DNA from: an uncultured Opitutales bacterium
GTDB taxonomy: Bacteria; Verrucomicrobiota; Verrucomicrobiia; Opitutales; Intestinicryptomonadaceae
Assembly (NCBI GenBank): GCA_934660865.1
Contig: CAKUIA010000024.1
Location: 1-19,052, forward strand
Length of the DNA stretch: 19,052 nt
Direction: 5' to 3'
Part shown: in pieces, positions 6,095-14,123 of the stretch
Layout of the letters: every line of letters starts with the position of its first letter
How positions within the stretch are numbered: the stretch's first letter is position 1
The notes under the pieces: model-generated
What the model was told of the DNA's origin: nothing
The model's input: the letters and a program-made list of their open reading frames with translations, nothing else
The model's database searches: none
Translations under genes and position numbers: made by a program

Positions 6095-7519
6095 ATGGAC
6101 AATAACCAAAATCCACAAAGAAAAATAAAGGCTTCGGGGCTTCCGAGAACGGCAATGCCCGAGCAAGATCCCAAGCGCAGGGCCACAAATTTCGAGGAAG
6201 TTCCCTACGGGTTTTCGTTTCAAGACGCCGTAAACGAGGCTACGCGCTGCCTGCAATGCCCCAAGCCCAGATGCGTTTCGGGCTGTCCGGTAAACATAAA
6301 CATACCCGCTTTCATACACGAAATCGCGCTTGAAAACCCGAAGGGCGCCGCCGAAAAGCTTAAGCTGCAAACGGCATTGCCCGCGGTATGCGGCAGGGTT
6401 TGCCCGCAGGAAAACCAGTGCGAGGGCCACTGTGTTTTGGGCATAAAGGGCAAGCCCGTGGCCATCGGCTCGCTGGAGCGCTTTGCCGCCGACTATGTGC
6501 GCGAAAACAATATAGAGGAACTGCCCCAAAAAGCGCCGTCTACGGGCAAGAAAGTTGCAATTATCGGCTGCGGGCCCGCAGGCATTACGGCTGCGGCAAC
6601 CCTTGCAATTTCGGGGCACGAGGTAGAGGTTTTCGAGGCTTTGCACCTGCCAGGCGGCGTGCTTAGCTACGGCATTCCGCAGTTTAGGCTTCCCAAAAGC
6701 ATTGTAATGTACGAGGTCGAGCAAATAAAAAAGCTGGGCGTAAAAGTGCATTTAGACTATCTTGTAGGCCGAATGAAAACCGTAGAAGAGCTTATAAAAG
6801 ACCTTAAGTTCGATGCCGTGTTTATAGGTTCGGGCGCAGGTTTGCCGCAGTTTATGCACATCGAGGGCGAAAGCAGCGTGGGCGTATTTTCGGCAAACGA
6901 ATTCCTTACAAGGTTTAACCTTATGAAGGCCTATAATTTCCCCGAATTCGGTACAACGCCCATAAGGGCAAAGCACATAGTAACCGTAGGCGGCGGCAAC
7001 GTTGCAATGGACTCGTGCAGAACGGCGCTAAGAATAGGGGCAAAGTCTACTTTGGTATACAGAAGGGCAAGAGAGCAAATGCCCGCGCGCGCCGAAGAGG
7101 TTCACCACGCCGAGCAAGAGGGCGTAAACTTCAGCCTTTTAACCAATCCCAAAAGGATTATCGCCGACGAACACGGCAGGGTAAAGGCGATAGAGTGCAT
7201 AAAAATGGAGCTTAGCGAGCCCGACGCTTCGGGCAGGCAAAAGCCCGTCGAAATTCCCGGTAGCGAGTTCCAAATAGAGTGCGACGCCGTTGTAATTTCC
7301 ATCGGCAACAAGCCAAACCCGCTTATACCGATGACATGCAAAAACCTTGCTACAACGCCAAAAGGCACCTTGCAGGTAGACCCGGAAACATTGCAGACCT
7401 CTATGGAGGGCGTATATGCGGGAGGCGACGTTGTAAGCGGAGCTGCAACCGTAATTAGCGCAATGGGGCAGGCAAAAAAGGCCTCGGCAAACATAAACGC
7501 ATATTTGGCTTCTAAATAA
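6095..7519 (+). CDS. nfnB: NfnB/SudA-type NADPH-dependent oxidoreductase (GltD / homotetrameric-'glutamate synthase' family)
   Basis: 474 aa. N-terminal Fe-S motifs CLQCPKPRCVSGCPVNINIPAFI and LPAVCGRVCPQENQCEGHCVLG. Dinucleotide folds KVAIIGCGPAGITAA and VTVGGGNVAMDSCRTA. C-terminal VYAGGDVVSGAATVI. It lies 18 nt downstream of the NfnA-containing fusion gene. Confidence 0.88.
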   Translation: MDNNQNPQRKIKASGLPRTAMPEQDPKRRATNFEEVPYGFSFQDAVNEATRCLQCPKPRCVSGCPVNINIPAFIHEIALENPKGAAEKLKLQTALPAVCGRVCPQENQCEGHCVLGIKGKPVAIGSLERFAADYVRENNIEELPQKAPSTGKKVAIIGCGPAGITAAATLAISGHEVEVFEALHLPGGVLSYGIPQFRLPKSIVMYEVEQIKKLGVKVHLDYLVGRMKTVEELIKDLKFDAVFIGSGAGLPQFMHIEGESSVGVFSANEFLTRFNLMKAYNFPEFGTTPIRAKHIVTVGGGNVAMDSCRTALRIGAKSTLVYRRAREQMPARAEEVHHAEQEGVNFSLLTNPKRIIADEHGRVKAIECIKMELSEPDASGRQKPVEIPGSEFQIECDAVVISIGNKPNPLIPMTCKNLATTPKGTLQVDPETLQTSMEGVYAGGDVVSGAATVISAMGQAKKASANINAYLASK

Positions 7520-8293
7520 ATGCGCATACTAATCAGCAACGACGACGGCATTGGTTCGCCGTTTTTAAGGAGCACGGCAGCCGCCCTTTCCGAATTGGGC
7601 GAAGTTAAAATTGTAGTTCCCTCGAAAGAGCAAAGTTGGATAGGCAGGGCGTTTTCGCGCCATGCCGAGCTTAAGCACGAAAGGGTAAGCGACTTTTACG
7701 GCTTCGACTGCCACACCATAAGCGGAACGCCGTCGGACTGCGTAAACATTGCAATAAACCACTTGTACGAGCCCAATGCCAAGCCCGATATTGTGTTTTC
7801 GGGCATAAACATAGGGCACAACATAGCGTTTCCGCTTATACTAAGCTCGGGAACATTCGCCGCGGCGGTAGAGGGTGCGGGGCATTTAATACCGTCGTTT
7901 GCGGTGTCTTTCCAGCTAAGGAGCGAGTTTTACGAAATGTGCAGAATAAGGCACCAAAGCTCGCCCGATTTAGACCGCGAACTGGGCGTAGTCTGCGAAA
8001 ATTGCGCCGAATTTGTAGGCTCGGTAATGCAGCGCAAAGACGAGATTAAAAAGGGCGACGTTTTCAATATAAACTATCCCTCCGAATACGACGGCTCGCC
8101 CGTTTGTATGTGCAAAACCGCAAACATAAAAATGGAAAGCTTCTACAAAAAGAACGAAAACGGCAACTATGTGTTTAAGTATAAGCTCGGTATGAAGCAA
8201 AAAAGCGAAAACTTCGAGCCTACCGACATAGACATGCTTTCCAATTCAAAGGCGTGCTGCTCGAGAATAAATATATTCGAATTTGCAAGATAG
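7520..8293 (+). CDS. surE: 5'/3'-nucleotidase SurE
   Basis: 257 aa starting MRILISNDDGIGSPFL (the SurE hallmark xILxSNDDG), plus SGINxGxN (FSGINIGHN). The ATG directly abuts the nfnB stop (TAAATG). Confidence 0.9.
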   Translation: MRILISNDDGIGSPFLRSTAAALSELGEVKIVVPSKEQSWIGRAFSRHAELKHERVSDFYGFDCHTISGTPSDCVNIAINHLYEPNAKPDIVFSGINIGHNIAFPLILSSGTFAAAVEGAGHLIPSFAVSFQLRSEFYEMCRIRHQSSPDLDRELGVVCENCAEFVGSVMQRKDEIKKGDVFNINYPSEYDGSPVCMCKTANIKMESFYKKNENGNYVFKYKLGMKQKSENFEPTDIDMLSNSKACCSRINIFEFAR

Positions 8294-9030
8294 TTTTTGT
8301 GAAAGCTTTACTAAAGGGCTTTTTGGATTTGTTGTTTGCCCGCAGGTGTTTGGCGTGCGGCAAACTAAACCCGAAAGGTCCTTTTTTGTATCTGTGCAAA
8401 GCCTGCGCCGAAACGCTTGATTTTAATTTAAACGCAAGGTGCCTGCGCTGTTGCGAACCTTTGATTGGTTCTGACAAAGACAGCACCGACACTTGCGCAA
8501 AATGCTTCGGCACAAAATTTTACTTTGAAGAAAGCCGATGTGCCTGCCTTTACAAAGGGGCCGTCTGCGAGTTGGTAAAAGAGCTAAAATACCGAAAAGG
8601 CCTGTATGTTTTGCCCGACATTGCAAAGATTTTCGCGCAAAATCCCCAATATTTCGATTTTGTAGACAACGCCTATTTAGTTGCAGTTCCCCTGCACGGC
8701 AAAAGGCTTAAAAAGCGCGGCTACAACCAAAGCCGCAAAATAGCCGAAATTTTGGCAAGGCAAAATCCGTCTATTAGGGGCGTTTTGGATTTGCTTGTAA
8801 GAGTAAAAGACACCACAACCCAAACAATGCTAGACCGCCAAAACAGGGTGCAAAATGTAATGAACGCATTTGCCGTAAACCCGAAAGCCGAATGCGATAA
8901 AACCGCAAAACTGGTTTTGCTGGACGATGTTATGACAACGGGAGCCACCCTTAACGAGTGCGCAAAAACTTTGAAAAAAGCGGGCTATAAAAACGTGTCG
9001 GCAATGTGCTTTGCAAAAAGGCCGCTTTAA
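8254..9030 (+). CDS. comF: ComF family protein (phosphoribosyltransferase-domain, ComFC-like)
   Basis: N-terminal double zinc-ribbon Cys pairs: CLACG...CKAC...CLRCC...CAKC. C-terminal PRTase motif VLLDDVMTTGATLNE. The ATG at 8254 overlaps surE by 40 nt. An in-frame GTG at 8299 (VKALLKGFLDLLF...) just after the surE stop is an equally plausible start. Confidence 0.8.
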   Translation: MLLENKYIRICKIVFVKALLKGFLDLLFARRCLACGKLNPKGPFLYLCKACAETLDFNLNARCLRCCEPLIGSDKDSTDTCAKCFGTKFYFEESRCACLYKGAVCELVKELKYRKGLYVLPDIAKIFAQNPQYFDFVDNAYLVAVPLHGKRLKKRGYNQSRKIAEILARQNPSIRGVLDLLVRVKDTTTQTMLDRQNRVQNVMNAFAVNPKAECDKTAKLVLLDDVMTTGATLNECAKTLKKAGYKNVSAMCFAKRPL

Positions 9031-9056
9031 TATATGCGGCAAATGGCAAAATAAAA

Positions 9057-9083
9057 CCCGCCTTAAAAAGATTTTAGGGCGGG
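9057..9083. terminator. Bidirectional rho-independent terminator between the convergent comF and TPR genes
   Basis: CCCGCCTTAAAA-AGA-TTTTAGGGCGGG: a 12-bp stem (one G-U pair) with a 3-nt loop, an A-rich left flank (AAATAAAA) and a T-rich right flank (CAATTTGTTTATTTT). Confidence 0.7.
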
Positions 9084-9091
9084 CAATTTGT

Positions 9092-9757
9092 TTATTTTAA
9101 ATGTTTTAGGTTTTCCAAGTTCAAGGCTTTTGCCTCGTCGAAAATTGCGCCTTCGCGTATTTTTGCCTTGTACAAATATTCCCTTAAAATGTTGTGGGTA
9201 AATTTGTATTCTTTTAGCCTATAAAAGGCTTTTGCGTCGTACAAATACGCGCGGCTTGCCCAATATTCCAGCTTGTAGTACAAAACATACACGCGCTCGA
9301 AATAGGGGTGCGATTTAAGGTACTCCTTTTGGTCGTAGTACGAAAGCCCCGTTTTATACAAAGCCTGCGCCTGAATTGCACCCGAATAGTGCTTGTCTAG
9401 GGCAACTTTTAGGTAGCAGTTTCTAGCTTCGTCGTATTTGCCCGCAAAACGCAGAACGTCGCCGCGCAAAATCAGAATCGCCCAGCGTTCGAAAACCTTT
9501 TCGGGGGCAAGCTTTACCGCCTGTTGCGAAAGATACAGGGCGTTTTCGTAGTCTTTTTCGTCGAGCTTGTTAAGGGCAAGCTCGTAGTTTTTGCAGGCGG
9601 CGTTCCAGCTTAAAATTTCCTCGGCGTTAAGCGAAACAGAGCCGTCGGGGGTGGAAATTTTCGGCCTGTGGCTCGGGTTGCTTAAATCGAAACTGTATTC
9701 TTGCGCCGTAAGCGAAAATGCCGCCAAAAGCATTATAAAATTTATTAAAATTTTCAT
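9092..9757 (-). CDS. Secreted tetratricopeptide-repeat (TPR) protein, function unknown
   Basis: 221 aa with signal peptide MKILINFIMLLAAFSLTA/QE. Repeated TPR-like A/Y/L helices: YENALYLSQQAVKLAP, GKYDEARNCYLKVAL, YLKSHPYFERVYVLY, ASRAYLYDAKAFYRL. The start overlaps the dus stop (ATGA at 9754-9757). Confidence 0.6.
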   Translation of the reverse strand: MKILINFIMLLAAFSLTAQEYSFDLSNPSHRPKISTPDGSVSLNAEEILSWNAACKNYELALNKLDEKDYENALYLSQQAVKLAPEKVFERWAILILRGDVLRFAGKYDEARNCYLKVALDKHYSGAIQAQALYKTGLSYYDQKEYLKSHPYFERVYVLYYKLEYWASRAYLYDAKAFYRLKEYKFTHNILREYLYKAKIREGAIFDEAKALNLENLKHLK

Positions 9758-10704
9758 AGTCTTTCGTTGTATATTAGATTTGTAATTTCTTCAAATGTTT
9801 CGCATTTAAGCAAATTTATGCGTATTTGCTTAAAGCCGCGCGCGCCCTTTAAAAATTTAACAATTTGCGCTTTTAGGTGCGATAATTTCGATTTTGTTAT
9901 TTCAAAAGAGTCTAGCTCGCATTGCCTTAGGTAGTCTTTTGCAAGTTTTAACGCCGCCTTTTCGGGCGGGGGGCAAAAGGGCAAATTGTTTATTTTTGCC
10001 TTTACCCTTTCAAAAACCCACGGGTCTATAAGGGCGGCTCTGCCAATCATAAACCCATAGCATTTAGAATGTTGCAAAAATTCTGCACTAAGTTTTTCAA
10101 CCGAGCCGTTGCCTATAAGCGGCACTTTGCAAAGTTGGGCACATTCCTCTATAATGTCCCAGTCGGCAGGGCCTGTGTAGCCCTGCTTTGCGGTTCTGCC
10201 GTGCAGGGTTATCATCTTTGCGCCCGCCTTTGCCAATTCGGGTATAACTTCTTTTGCAACAATGTGTTGCGAGTCGAACCCCGTGCGCATTTTCGCCGTA
10301 AGAGGCGTTTTTTTAAGCACCCCGGAAACGGTTTTTATTATCTGCACCATTTTTTCGGGCGTCTTTAAAAGGGCAGCTCCCGCATTTGCGCCGACTGCGT
10401 TTTGCGCCGGGCAGCCAAAATTTATGTCTATAAATGCGGGAGCAAAATTTTCCTCTATATAAAGCGCGCATTCCGCGATTTTTTCGGGCTGGCTGCCGAA
10501 AATCTGAATGCCGTTAATGCCCTCGTTTTCGGCCTGTCTTAGCCTTTCTAAAACGGGAACGGCCCCGCTTAAAACGGCGTTGCTGTGCACAAACTCGCTT
10601 ATCGAAAAGTCGGCGCCCATCGACTTTAAAAGCCTGCGGTAGGCGGCGTCGCTATAGCCCGCCATGGGCGCTAAAAACAGGCAGTTTTTAAAGAGGAAAT
10701 CCAT
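9754..10704 (-). CDS. tRNA-dihydrouridine synthase (Dus family)
   Basis: 316 aa. Dus-family motifs LAPMAGYSDAAYRRL, IDINFGCPA (catalytic Cys region), ITLHGRT and PLIGNG. Confidence 0.88.
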   Translation of the reverse strand: MDFLFKNCLFLAPMAGYSDAAYRRLLKSMGADFSISEFVHSNAVLSGAVPVLERLRQAENEGINGIQIFGSQPEKIAECALYIEENFAPAFIDINFGCPAQNAVGANAGAALLKTPEKMVQIIKTVSGVLKKTPLTAKMRTGFDSQHIVAKEVIPELAKAGAKMITLHGRTAKQGYTGPADWDIIEECAQLCKVPLIGNGSVEKLSAEFLQHSKCYGFMIGRAALIDPWVFERVKAKINNLPFCPPPEKAALKLAKDYLRQCELDSFEITKSKLSHLKAQIVKFLKGARGFKQIRINLLKCETFEEITNLIYNERL

Positions 10705-10707
10705 CGG

Positions 10708-11343
10708 CTAAAATTCCACATAGCCGCAAAGCAGTTTTATTGCAAATACGCCTATGTTGTAGCTTAGGTGCGCTATTATCGGCGGCAAAAGCGACTGCGT
10801 TTTGTTTAATTTGTTAAAGCGCATAAAGTAGAAGAAAAGCGAGTTTATAAATATAAACGAGGTTGAAAACAACGCCTTGCCCGTAAAGTTAAGCGAAAAG
10901 TTTGCAGGCGAAATTGCCGGTGCGTTTTCGGGTATGCTATAATCCCACAAAAATGGGTGCATTAAAGCGAACAAAAGCGAGAACGCGAAAATCGAGGCGT
11001 ATAGGGCAAGTTTGCCTTTGTTTTTTACAACCAAATAGCCCCTGAAAACAAGCTCTTCTATAAAGGCCGCCGACACCCACGAAAATACCGCAAAAACCCC
11101 CACTTTGCTCTGCTGGTCGGCAAAGCCGAACTTATATTCCAAAACGGTTTGGGCAAAAAGCAGCGCAACAGCCCCGGTGGCGGCAAGGCACAATGCGGCT
11201 TTCGGCGCAAACGACGCCCCCGAAAAAGCACCCTTTCTTTGAGCCTTGTTTTTTTCGAAATACTTTGCGTCGTCCAGCCACATTTTAAAAAGATATAGGC
11301 AAGCGCCGAAAAACAAGATGGAATATAGCGTGTTGTCCTGCAT
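10708..11343 (-). CDS. CPBP-family intramembrane glutamic endopeptidase (CAAX protease / Abi family)
   Basis: Motifs EELVFRGYL, FALMHP and HLSYN within a multi-TM protein. The ORF track extends it to 11901, but residues upstream of M187 (ATG at 11343-11341) are antisense to the polyprenyl synthase gene. The start is set at 11343; an alternative ATG lies at 11283. The stop lies 3 nt from the dus start. Confidence 0.7.
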   Translation of the reverse strand: MQDNTLYSILFFGACLYLFKMWLDDAKYFEKNKAQRKGAFSGASFAPKAALCLAATGAVALLFAQTVLEYKFGFADQQSKVGVFAVFSWVSAAFIEELVFRGYLVVKNKGKLALYASIFAFSLLFALMHPFLWDYSIPENAPAISPANFSLNFTGKALFSTSFIFINSLFFYFMRFNKLNKTQSLLPPIIAHLSYNIGVFAIKLLCGYVEF

Positions 11344-11404
11344 GCGACAAATAACAGCACAAGATTTTCGAAAATTCAATTTTTTAATTGCAAGAAATGC
11401 GCGT

Positions 11405-12388
11405 ATGCTAGAGTATTTACCGTATATGGAAATCGCAGCAGACGCTTTGAAAAGTTTTACGGCGACAATGTCTAAACAGTTGTCGGCATATAGGCGTACA
11501 TTGGCTTTGCAGGCAACCGCTTTCGACCGAAAGCTGAAAAAATACGCGGGCGATTCCGTTTCTTCGAAGGGCAAGTCTATCAGGCCCATGCTTGTTTTCG
11601 CCTCGTCGTGGGAAAGCGGCCTTTCAAAAACCATCTTAAACAGGGCGTGCGCGGTGGAGCTTATACACCTGGCAAGCCTTATACACGACGACATTATCGA
11701 CAACGCAATGCTCAGGCGCAACGAGCCTACAATGTTCAAAAAATACGGCGTTAAGCTGTCGCTTTTGTTGGGCGACGCGATTTTTGCGCATGCAATGTCC
11801 ATTATGGCGAACGACGACGCCGAAATACAAAAAAAGGGCGTTGCGGCGGTAAAGACATTGTGCGAGGGCGAAATAATACAAAGCATTTTCGACGCCGACA
11901 AAAAAACGTCGTTCGACGACTACTACGACATTATCGACAAAAAGACGGCCGTGCTGTTCAAGCTTGCGTGCCATTTCGGCGGTGCGGCCTGCGGCGACAA
12001 AAAGTGGGCGCTGTGCGCCGAAAAGGCGGGGCGCGAAATGGGTATGGCCTACCAGATTTTCGACGATATTTGCGACTGGATTGCCACCGAAAGCAACGGC
12101 GGCAAAACCACCGGCACCGATTTGCTTTCGGGCAAGCGCACTCTGCCGATTTTGCTGCTCGAAAAATGCGCCGCGCAAAAAGACAAAAAGCTGCTTGCCG
12201 GCTATGTTAAAAATCGCGATTCAAATTCGGTAAAATCGCTTTTTTGCGACTACAAAATTTTGGAGCAGTGCAAACTGCAATTCGACGGAAAGCTTGCCGC
12301 GGCAAAAAAAGCGGTTTTAAAGTTCGATACCGCCGCCGCCGCAAAAATGGCGGAATTTTGCGACGCGCTGTCGGGCTTGCTGGTATAG
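11405..12388 (+). CDS. Polyprenyl diphosphate synthase (trans-IPPS, long-chain IspB/HepT-like)
   Basis: Both aspartate-rich motifs are present: LIHDDIIDN (first DDxxD) and QIFDDICD (second DDxxD), plus GKSIRPML upstream. The start is uncertain. The ORF opens at 11246 but would then overlap the divergent CPBP gene. In-frame ATGs at 11405 (MLEYLPY...) or 11426 (MEIAADAL...) give the usual roughly 50-aa spacing before GKxxRP. Confidence 0.75.
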   Translation: MLEYLPYMEIAADALKSFTATMSKQLSAYRRTLALQATAFDRKLKKYAGDSVSSKGKSIRPMLVFASSWESGLSKTILNRACAVELIHLASLIHDDIIDNAMLRRNEPTMFKKYGVKLSLLLGDAIFAHAMSIMANDDAEIQKKGVAAVKTLCEGEIIQSIFDADKKTSFDDYYDIIDKKTAVLFKLACHFGGAACGDKKWALCAEKAGREMGMAYQIFDDICDWIATESNGGKTTGTDLLSGKRTLPILLLEKCAAQKDKKLLAGYVKNRDSNSVKSLFCDYKILEQCKLQFDGKLAAAKKAVLKFDTAAAAKMAEFCDALSGLLV

Positions 12389-12389
12389 T

Positions 12390-13421
12390 ATGAGAAGTTT
12401 CGGTGCAATAGGCGTTTCCTGCAAAACTGCGCCGAACGAAATTTTGGCGCAACTTTCGCTTAAGGGCGAAAGGCTTTTGTTTGCCGACAAAGCTTTCGAA
12501 AAGGCGGGAGTTTGCGAATTTGCGGTAGTTTCGACATGCAACAGGGTCGAGTTTTACTTTGCGGACGAAAGCGACGAGATATTCGAAAAGGTATGGAGCG
12601 CCATAGGCGAAATATACGTCGAAAACACGGAAGTTTTTAGGGCGCATTCCAGGGAATATTTCGGGCAGGCCGCTGTAATGCACATTTTCGAAGTTTCGTG
12701 CGGCATAGATTCCGAGCTTGCTGGCGAAACCGAAATTTTGGGGCAGATAAAATCGGCGTATTCTGTTTACCACGAAAGGGGGCACTGCAAATTTGTGCTG
12801 AACAAGGTGTTCCAAAACGCCATACATGTTGGCAAATGGATTCGCGCAAACACGCGTATAGGTGCGGGCAAAATCACCATAGGCGCCGTTGCCGCCGAGC
12901 TTGCCGCAAGGATTTTCGACGACGTAAAAAAGGCCGACATTCTCCTTTTAGGCTCTGGGCAAGTCGGGCAAGACGTAGCGCAGTCCATATCCGTAAGGGG
13001 CGGCGGCATTTTGGCGGTTGCAAGCCGCTCTTTCGAAAACGCGCTAAAAGTTTGCGTAAATTCGGGCTCGTTTGCTCTGCCGCTGGAAAACGCCCTGCAG
13101 GATTTGTCTCGGTGGGACATAATAATTTGCGCAATGGCGCTGGAAAGCCCCATACTGTTGGCCAGCTCCGTAAAAAAAGCCATGGCAAACAGAACAAAGC
13201 CGCTGTTTATAATAGATTTGGGAATGCCCAAAAACGCCGAAGACTTGTGCTCGAAAATAGACGGCGTATACCTTTACAATTTGGGCGACCTTTCGCGCAT
13301 TTCGAACGAAAACAGAATGTATCTCGAAGGCGAAATCGCCGAGGCGAAATTGGAATTGCAGGCGCGCAGCAAAAGCCTATTTACGCGCTTGTTCGGCGAG
13401 GGCGAAAATTTCGGCGCCTAG
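12390..13421 (+). CDS. hemA: Glutamyl-tRNA reductase, short form (343 aa)
   Basis: Catalytic-Cys motif VSTCNRVEFY, ETEILGQIK, and NADPH-binding ILLLGSGQVGQ. The ATG lies 1 nt after the polyprenyl synthase stop. Only about 40 residues follow the NADPH domain. Confidence 0.85.
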   Translation: MRSFGAIGVSCKTAPNEILAQLSLKGERLLFADKAFEKAGVCEFAVVSTCNRVEFYFADESDEIFEKVWSAIGEIYVENTEVFRAHSREYFGQAAVMHIFEVSCGIDSELAGETEILGQIKSAYSVYHERGHCKFVLNKVFQNAIHVGKWIRANTRIGAGKITIGAVAAELAARIFDDVKKADILLLGSGQVGQDVAQSISVRGGGILAVASRSFENALKVCVNSGSFALPLENALQDLSRWDIIICAMALESPILLASSVKKAMANRTKPLFIIDLGMPKNAEDLCSKIDGVYLYNLGDLSRISNENRMYLEGEIAEAKLELQARSKSLFTRLFGEGENFGA

Positions 13422-14123
13422 TTTTGACAGCTGCCTGTCCAGCTTTTTTGCCTGCGGGCAAAACGAGTTTAAATACAGCCAAAACGAGACGGAGTGGTCC
13501 ATAAACTTTTCGTGCGCAAGCTCGTGGCAAACAATGTAGTTTTGCAAATCTTTGTCCAAAAGCGCAACGCGCCAGTTAAACGAAAGCGTGCCGTTCGACG
13601 ATCTCGAAGCCCAGCGGCTTTTTTGCGAGCGTATTTCTATGCTTTTATAGGCAATATTCAGGGCTTTTGCCTTTTCGCACACCGCATTTTGCAGCGCCTT
13701 TTTTGCGAAAGCGGCAAAAAGTCTTTCAAGCTCGAAATCGTTTCGGTATACGAACAGAATTTCGCCTGCGGGAATGTTTTCTATTACGGTGCCGAGCGTT
13801 TCGCTTTTTTCGGTTTTTAAAATCAGGCTTTTGCCGAACGCGAAAATGCGGTTTTGCCTTTTAAGGTATTGCGCCAAAGTTTGCCGCGGGGTACATTGCG
13901 CAAGCTTTTGGGCTATCCATTTTGCGTTTTCCAAAAAAAATTCGCGCGCGTTTGCAAGCGGAACGTAGCGCGGCTTTGTAATAAAAACTTCGCCGTTTTT
14001 CGAAACCGAAATTTTTATGTGTGTGCTGTGCGCCGAATTTTTTACCGTTGCCGAAATATTTACGGGAACGCCGTCGAGCACAACTTCGGTAGAAAAAATT
14101 TTTGTGCTACTGCTTTGGGGCAT
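13377..14123 (-). CDS. YgjP/DUF45-type (M48-like) zinc metallohydrolase
   Basis: 248 aa with the family's C-terminal motif YIVCHELAHEKFMDHSVSFW (HExxH followed by H). The 3' end overlaps the hemA 3' end by 45 nt (convergent). The start overlaps the mazG 3' end by 17 nt. Confidence 0.7.
   Translation of the reverse strand: MPQSSSTKIFSTEVVLDGVPVNISATVKNSAHSTHIKISVSKNGEVFITKPRYVPLANAREFFLENAKWIAQKLAQCTPRQTLAQYLKRQNRIFAFGKSLILKTEKSETLGTVIENIPAGEILFVYRNDFELERLFAAFAKKALQNAVCEKAKALNIAYKSIEIRSQKSRWASRSSNGTLSFNWRVALLDKDLQNYIVCHELAHEKFMDHSVSFWLYLNSFCPQAKKLDRQLSKLGAEIFALAEQARK

Noticed and set aside
10708-11901. 397-aa minus-strand ORF reported as a single protein
   Set aside because: Only the C-terminal 211 aa (from the ATG at 11343) carry CPBP motifs and TM helices. 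The N-terminal 186 aa are Ser/Ala/Ile-rich, have no motifs, and lie exactly antisense to the polyprenyl synthase gene, whose DDxxD motifs validate the + strand frame. This is an antisense shadow extension.
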